A DNA stretch of 64,000 bases from Mycoplasma sp. CAG:956 (lineage in GTDB: Bacteria; Bacillota_I; Bacilli_A; RF39; UBA660), in contig HF993110.1 in assembly GCA_000433475.1 (NCBI GenBank), positions 131,112 through 195,111 of the forward strand, read 5' to 3'. Shown one piece after another: positions 58,799-64,000 of this stretch (position 1 is its first letter; every line of letters begins with the position of its first letter). The position numbers and the translations under genes were made by a program. The notes below the pieces were generated by a model that had not been told where the DNA came from, ran no database searches, and saw only the letters and a list, made by a program, of their open reading frames with translations.

Positions 58799-60188
58799 AA
58801 TATTTAAATTAATCGCAGCATTTTTTAAATTTCTTTACAACTTATTAGATAAATATATCATAACTCCGATTAGTAAAGTTATTTATACTATAGATAAAAA
58901 AATAAACAAAAATAATTTTAAAATAGAAAAAATCCTTAATAGACCTAATATGCTTCTTTATATTTCTTTAGGACTTGCCATAATTGTCTTTGTTCTAATT
59001 GACAGTAAAGTAATAAACTTAGTAGAAACTGAGGCTGAAATAATTACTAATCAACCTATTAAAGTTGAATATAATACTGAAGCTTATGTCATTGAAGACT
59101 TACCTGAAACTGCCGATATAACTTTAATTGGTCGTAAAAGTGACCTATATTTAGCCAAGCAACTAGGCCAAAACGAAGTAGTATTAGACCTTACAGATTA
59201 TACCCCAAGAGATGAACCATACCGTGTTAAATTAACTTATAATCAAACAATTAACACTTTAAATTATAAATTAGACCCTAATTATATTTATGTAACTATT
59301 AAAAAGAAAGTTTCTAGTCTAAAAAGTATAACTTATGATGTAATCAATCAAGATAAATTAAATGAAACATATCCAGAATTGAGTGTATCTAATATTGAAT
59401 TAAATAAGACTGAAGTAGTAGTAAAAGGTAGTCAAGATACTTTAGATAAAATTGCGACTGTTAAAGCCTTAATTGATTTAAATAATAAAGAATTTACTGC
59501 CAAAGGTACTTATACTTTAGAAAACGTTCCTATTGTTGCTTATGATGAAACAGGAAATATTCTTAAAAATGTTGAAATTGTTCCATCTACAATAAGTGCC
59601 ACTGTAACATTTACATCTTACAGTAAGAGTGTTCCAATTCAGTTATTAACAACTGGTGACTTAGTAGCCGGCAAAGCTATAAGTTCAATTACTATAAATG
59701 GTAAGAGTGATTATAATATTACAATTTATGGTGAACAATCTGCTTTAGAATCAATCGACTGTGTACCTGTAACTATTGATTTAACAGATCAAGGAAACAA
59801 TGCCTCTAAGACTTATAATGTTACAATTTCTAAACCAACCGGAGTTCGTTATATGCCAACTACAAGTGCTAGTATCGTAGTAAATTTCGGAGAAGCTAAA
59901 CAAAAAACATTAGAAAATGTTCAAATTAGTGTTCGCAACACACCTAGTGGTTTAGTTGCTAATGCCATTGGTAATGCTTCTATTAATGTTCAGGTAATCG
60001 GTGTACAAAATATTATTGATTCAATTGATAACTCTAGTATTTCTGCTTACATTGACCTAACTGGTTATGCAGCTGGTACTTATAAAGTCCCTGTTTATAT
60101 AACGGGTAATACATCTAATGCTTCGATGGTTAAATTTATTGTTGAAAGCGAAGTAGAAGTATCACTTACAAATGAAAATAAGAAATAA
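58791..60188 (+). CDS. cdaR: CdaA regulatory protein CdaR (YbbR-like repeats)
   Basis: N-terminal TM followed by repeated YbbR-type beta-rich domains; overlaps cdaA stop. Confidence 0.8.
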   Translation: MSKIFKLIAAFFKFLYNLLDKYIITPISKVIYTIDKKINKNNFKIEKILNRPNMLLYISLGLAIIVFVLIDSKVINLVETEAEIITNQPIKVEYNTEAYVIEDLPETADITLIGRKSDLYLAKQLGQNEVVLDLTDYTPRDEPYRVKLTYNQTINTLNYKLDPNYIYVTIKKKVSSLKSITYDVINQDKLNETYPELSVSNIELNKTEVVVKGSQDTLDKIATVKALIDLNNKEFTAKGTYTLENVPIVAYDETGNILKNVEIVPSTISATVTFTSYSKSVPIQLLTTGDLVAGKAISSITINGKSDYNITIYGEQSALESIDCVPVTIDLTDQGNNASKTYNVTISKPTGVRYMPTTSASIVVNFGEAKQKTLENVQISVRNTPSGLVANAIGNASINVQVIGVQNIIDSIDNSSISAYIDLTGYAAGTYKVPVYITGNTSNASMVKFIVESEVEVSLTNENKK

Positions 60189-60267
60189 TTAAGTAACCTT
60201 AAAAAATCCTTCTTATAAGAAATAAAACTCTTTAAGAAAGGATTTTTTTATTGACAAAGAAATACAC

Positions 60268-60534
60268 TTAATCTTTGTTTTCACCAAGATAGTCAATATC
60301 AGCAAATAAAATACCAATATTTACTAGACCACATACACCAACAATTACATAAATAATATTTTGAAGAGCAGTACTGCCTTTAAATAAAGTAGAGACTAAA
60401 TTAAAATCAAATAATCCAACTAATCCCCAATTAACTGCTCCAATAATTGTAAGTACTAGGCATATTTTCTGAACTGTTTTCATCTTACATTCCTTTCTTT
60501 TTGTAGTATGGCTAAAAGTTTTCATATTATTCAC
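60268..60534 (-). CDS. DUF378 family small membrane protein
   Basis: IIGAVNWGLVGLF signature. Confidence 0.7.
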   Translation of the reverse strand: MNNMKTFSHTTKRKECKMKTVQKICLVLTIIGAVNWGLVGLFDFNLVSTLFKGSTALQNIIYVIVGVCGLVNIGILFADIDYLGENKD

Positions 60535-60576
60535 AATTACTAATATAATTTATTAGAAAAGGAGTTATATAATTAT

Positions 60577-61569
60577 ATGAAAAAAATAATTGCCATTTTA
60601 ATGTGTCTGTTTTTCTTAGCGGGATGCAGTACTAACATGGAAAAGAAAGTTATAAAAGAATTTAAAGATAATGTTAACAGCAGTAAATCTTACAGTATGG
60701 CTGGTACTTTAGAAATAATAAATGCTGATGATAAATTTGACTATGATATAGCTGTATCTTATAAAAAAGGTGACTACTATAAAGTGGTATTAACTAATCA
60801 AACTAGTGGTCATGAACAAATAATTTTAAAAAATAAAGATGGTGTTTATGTTGTAACACCAAGTCTTAATAAAAGTTTTAAATTTCAAAGTAGTTGGCCA
60901 GAAAATAGTAGCCAAACCTATATACTTTCTTCAGTTTTAAATGATTTAATTGGTACAGAAGATAAAAAATATACTGAAGAAAATAACTATTATGTTTTAA
61001 CTAGCAGTGTTAACTATCCAAATAATAATAAATTAAGCTATCAAAAACTTTATTTTGATAAAGAAATTAATTTGAAAAAAATAGAGGTCTTTGATAATAG
61101 TGATACAAAATGCATAATATTTAATATCAATTCTATTGATTATAAAGCCGCTTTAGATGATGATTACTTTGATTTATCTAAAGTAGTAGATGGTAATACA
61201 ACCGAAGAATCTAGTGAAACATCAAGCTTTAATGATATTCTATACCCTCTTTATATTCCAAAAGATACATATTTAACAGCTAAAGAAACAATTAATACTG
61301 ATAATGGTAATCGTGCAATATTAACATTTGGAGGTGCTAAAGACTTTGTCTTAGTTGAAGAAGCAAGCAATACAAGAAACGAATTTGAAGTAATTCCTAT
61401 TTACGGAGAACCTTTAATGATGAATGGTACAATTGGAGCACTTAGTGGCAATGCAATTTACTGGACAAGCAATAACGTTGATTATTATTTAGCCGGTTCT
61501 AGTCTTACTAATGAGGAATTATTAAGTGTTGCTAATTCCATCTCTAATACAATTGTTACGGGAAAATAA
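60577..61569 (+). CDS. lipoprotein, uncharacterised (possibly LolA-like fold)
   Basis: Signal peptide plus lipobox LAGC; beta-rich N-domain pattern reminiscent of LolA/DUF4367 proteins (weak). Confidence 0.55.
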   Translation: MKKIIAILMCLFFLAGCSTNMEKKVIKEFKDNVNSSKSYSMAGTLEIINADDKFDYDIAVSYKKGDYYKVVLTNQTSGHEQIILKNKDGVYVVTPSLNKSFKFQSSWPENSSQTYILSSVLNDLIGTEDKKYTEENNYYVLTSSVNYPNNNKLSYQKLYFDKEINLKKIEVFDNSDTKCIIFNINSIDYKAALDDDYFDLSKVVDGNTTEESSETSSFNDILYPLYIPKDTYLTAKETINTDNGNRAILTFGGAKDFVLVEEASNTRNEFEVIPIYGEPLMMNGTIGALSGNAIYWTSNNVDYYLAGSSLTNEELLSVANSISNTIVTGK

Positions 61570-61575
61570 TACTAA

Positions 61576-61612
61576 AATTCTTAAATCATAATTTAGTGAT
61601 TTAAGAATTTTC
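61576..61612 (+). terminator. terminator hairpin
   Basis: Perfect 13-bp stem aattcttaaatca / tgatttaagaatt, 8-nt loop, short T-run. Confidence 0.55.
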
Positions 61613-61860
61613 AAATTTCTATCAATTAAAAAATATTCTACATAACGGCAAAAATTCACGCAGAGTAACTTTAAATATCACTAATCGTTAAATATTAGCT
61701 ATTTTCAAGCTTAAATCCAGCAAATAAGTATTGAAATCACCTAATTTTCGTTTATAATGATATTAGGTGTAATAGAAAGGAATTAATCTTGCTATAAATA
61801 TAACTTAACAAGTATTTACTCATATGGTTATATTAATCGATTAATTAGGCGTGATAAAAA

Positions 61861-62358
61861 ATGAAAGACAATACAGAAACTAAAACAGTCAAACAGTTTA
61901 TACTTATTTTATTAGCTGTTGTTCTTATAGTTATAGCAATTTATCTTTTTACAACAAAGGTAGTAAATAAAGATAGCGAAAATACTTCTACTAATAATAA
62001 TGCAAACACAACTTATATTGATCCAACTAAAGCTATAGTTGGTACAATGCTAAATAAAGGCACTGATGAATACTATGTTTTGATTTATGATTCAACTAGT
62101 GAAGATGCTAGTAGTTATGCTAGACTTTTAACTAGTTATAGTAGTAGTAAAAATACGAAAGCTACCTATACAGTTGATCTAAGTAATGCCATAAATAGCA
62201 AATATATAGCTACAGATGGTAAAACTAATCCAACAGCAAGTAAACTAAGTGAATTGCGTTTTGGTGAAGTAACTTTATTAAAAGTAAAAGATAATAAAAT
62301 AACAAATGCTTATGAATCTGTTGAAAGTATTAAAAAAGAACTAAAAATTACTGATTAG
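61861..62358 (+). CDS. hypothetical membrane-anchored protein (165 aa)
   Basis: ORF track; one N-terminal TM, Ser/Thr-rich extracellular part. Confidence 0.5.
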   Translation: MKDNTETKTVKQFILILLAVVLIVIAIYLFTTKVVNKDSENTSTNNNANTTYIDPTKAIVGTMLNKGTDEYYVLIYDSTSEDASSYARLLTSYSSSKNTKATYTVDLSNAINSKYIATDGKTNPTASKLSELRFGEVTLLKVKDNKITNAYESVESIKKELKITD

Positions 62359-62491
62359 TTAAAAGTTAATAAAAATAATAAGATAATAATTGGTTTAAAT
62401 ATAGCTGATTGTTATCTTTTTTATTTTAAATAATAAATCATTTATCTTTTCTAAAAACTAAAATTATGCTAAGATGTAATAGTGATAATAT

Positions 62492-64000
62492 ATGGATATA
62501 AAAAATAATAATGAAGTTAATTATGATAACAATTACGATACGTTAAAAAATATAAAAGAAAATTCTAGCATTCCTGACTTTAATGAGGATCCAATTGAAG
62601 CCCTTACTAAAATTAGTGATGAAGCATTAAAAAATGATAGCAATTATCTAAAATCAGATGTTGATACTAATTCTAATCTTAAAGTTACACAATCTAGTAA
62701 TGTCAGTATAAAAAAAACTCAAAACAATTTGAATCAAATATCATTTAATGATAATACTTCAGATGTTCAACCAAAGCATATTGAAATAAATCTACAAGAA
62801 AAAATTCCTACAAATAATACCTTGGGATTAGGCATCAAAGATTCAAAAGATGAAAGCTGCAGTTCATCTTCTAAAAGTACCTCAAAATACAAAGAAAGTC
62901 CAACTTTTAGTTTGCAAGAGACTCTTATAATGGTTTTGCTAACTGGGATTATTTGTACTATTGCTAGTGGTACTGTAGTTAATCATAAATACAGTACAAA
63001 AAACGGTACATCTTATAATACTTTATTAAAAGATGAAAATATTCAAGAATTTCTGGATGTTTATGCTACCTTAAATGAAAACTATTATCAGAATGTTGAT
63101 AAAAAAGCAGCCATAGATGGTGCCATTTCGGGACTTATGAGTGCTGCTGGAGATAATTATACTTCCTACTTAGATAAAGATGATGCCGACATATTAAATA
63201 ATTCCTTAAATGGCAAATATGACGGTATTGGTATTGCGATAAGTACTAAAGAAACTGGTCTTATTGAAAAAGTGTATCCAAATACACCAGCTAAAGCCGC
63301 TGGAATTCAAATTGGTGATAAAATAACCAGCATTAATGGAAATAGTATTGGTGAAATGTCTAGTAGCGATATAGCTAAATTAATCAAGGAAAGTACTGAT
63401 GGAAAAGTCAAATTAACTCTTCTAAGAGGAGAAGAAACTTTGGAAATGGAAGTAGAAATTAAAAGTTTAGCTACTCCTGTTGTTGATTATAAAATCTTAG
63501 AAGGAAACAATAAAAAAGTTGGTTATCTTGCCATTTCTTCATTTAGTGATACTTTAGTAACTCAAGTAGAAAGTGCTCTTAATGAATTAGAAATGAATGG
63601 TATAGAATCTTTAATAATCGATTTACGAAATAACGGTGGTGGTCTTTTAACTGCTGCTAAAGATACAGCCAGTTTATTTTTAGAAAAAGGAAAGACCATA
63701 TATGGTTTAGAAGGCAACGAAAATAATGGTAAAACCAAATTCTATTATGATGAGACCGAAACTAGTAGAAACTATCCAATTGTTGTCTTAGTAAATGGAG
63801 CAACTGCTTCTGCTAGTGAAATATTAACATCTGCTTTAAAAGATTCATATGGTGCAACAACAGTAGGCACCACAACATATGGTAAAGGAAAAGTTCAACA
63901 AACTAAAAAGTTAAGTGACGGTTCTCTAGTTAAATACACAACATCACGTTGGCTAACTCCTAATAACGAATGTATAGATGAATACGGAATAAGTCCTGAA
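62492..64000 (+). CDS. ctpA: carboxy-terminal processing protease (S41 family, PDZ domain), 3' end outside window
   Basis: Open frame from the first ATG after an in-frame TAA to the window end. TM about aa 140, PDZ (GIQIGDKITSINGNS), LRNNGGG, catalytic GATASASEIL Ser and downstream TYGKGK Lys. Confidence 0.85.
   Translation, partial: MDIKNNNEVNYDNNYDTLKNIKENSSIPDFNEDPIEALTKISDEALKNDSNYLKSDVDTNSNLKVTQSSNVSIKKTQNNLNQISFNDNTSDVQPKHIEINLQEKIPTNNTLGLGIKDSKDESCSSSSKSTSKYKESPTFSLQETLIMVLLTGIICTIASGTVVNHKYSTKNGTSYNTLLKDENIQEFLDVYATLNENYYQNVDKKAAIDGAISGLMSAAGDNYTSYLDKDDADILNNSLNGKYDGIGIAISTKETGLIEKVYPNTPAKAAGIQIGDKITSINGNSIGEMSSSDIAKLIKESTDGKVKLTLLRGEETLEMEVEIKSLATPVVDYKILEGNNKKVGYLAISSFSDTLVTQVESALNELEMNGIESLIIDLRNNGGGLLTAAKDTASLFLEKGKTIYGLEGNENNGKTKFYYDETETSRNYPIVVLVNGATASASEILTSALKDSYGATTVGTTTYGKGKVQQTKKLSDGSLVKYTTSRWLTPNNECIDEYGISPE

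Noticed and set aside
1-64000. CRISPR arrays, rRNA/tRNA genes, transposases/integrases, prophage
   Set aside because: No regularly spaced direct repeats, no tRNA T-arm/acceptor signatures in intergenic regions, and no recombinase/transposase-like ORFs were recognisable

Overview
AT-rich (about 28-30% GC) chromosomal segment from a low-GC Bacillota-type organism using the standard genetic code (TGG Trp, TGA stop). Gene content (FemX, CdaA-CdaR, Mini-III, YugP, DUF951) suggests Erysipelotrichia or a related lineage. The window is mostly core housekeeping genes on the + strand: tilS-ftsH, an NrnA-like DHH phosphoesterase, parA-parB, mscS, ychF, femX-like, cysS, uvrB, an ~6 kb insert, uvrA, lgt, trxB, then the conserved mrnC-rlmB-sigH-secE-nusG-rplK-rplA-rplJ-rplL ... 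rpsL-rpsG-fusA-tuf block, followed by eno-secG, a prepilin-type gene, rnr-smpB, cdaA-cdaR and a 3'-truncated ctpA. No rRNA, tRNA, CRISPR array, transposase or integrase was recognised. Several small pockets do not look like core genes and are the best candidates for something undescribed. (1) A self-contained three-gene operon at 19.0-22.0 kb: an 808-aa protein with a glycine-zipper two-helix membrane hairpin, flanked by two small paralogous proteins. (2) Two paralogous small pilin-like proteins with a shared Cys motif sit where rpoB-rpoC normally lie between rplL and rpsL; a third related bona fide prepilin gene lies between secG and rnr. (3) Inside the uvrB-uvrA insert, an XRE regulator, a helical 231-aa protein and a short radical SAM/SPASM(twitch) enzyme with no visible precursor peptide. 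(4) L11 carries an unusual ~55-aa acidic C-terminal extension. (5) An AATCA-repeat array lies in the nusG-rplK leader. Hairpin, promoter and repeat coordinates were derived by hand and are approximate (a few nt).
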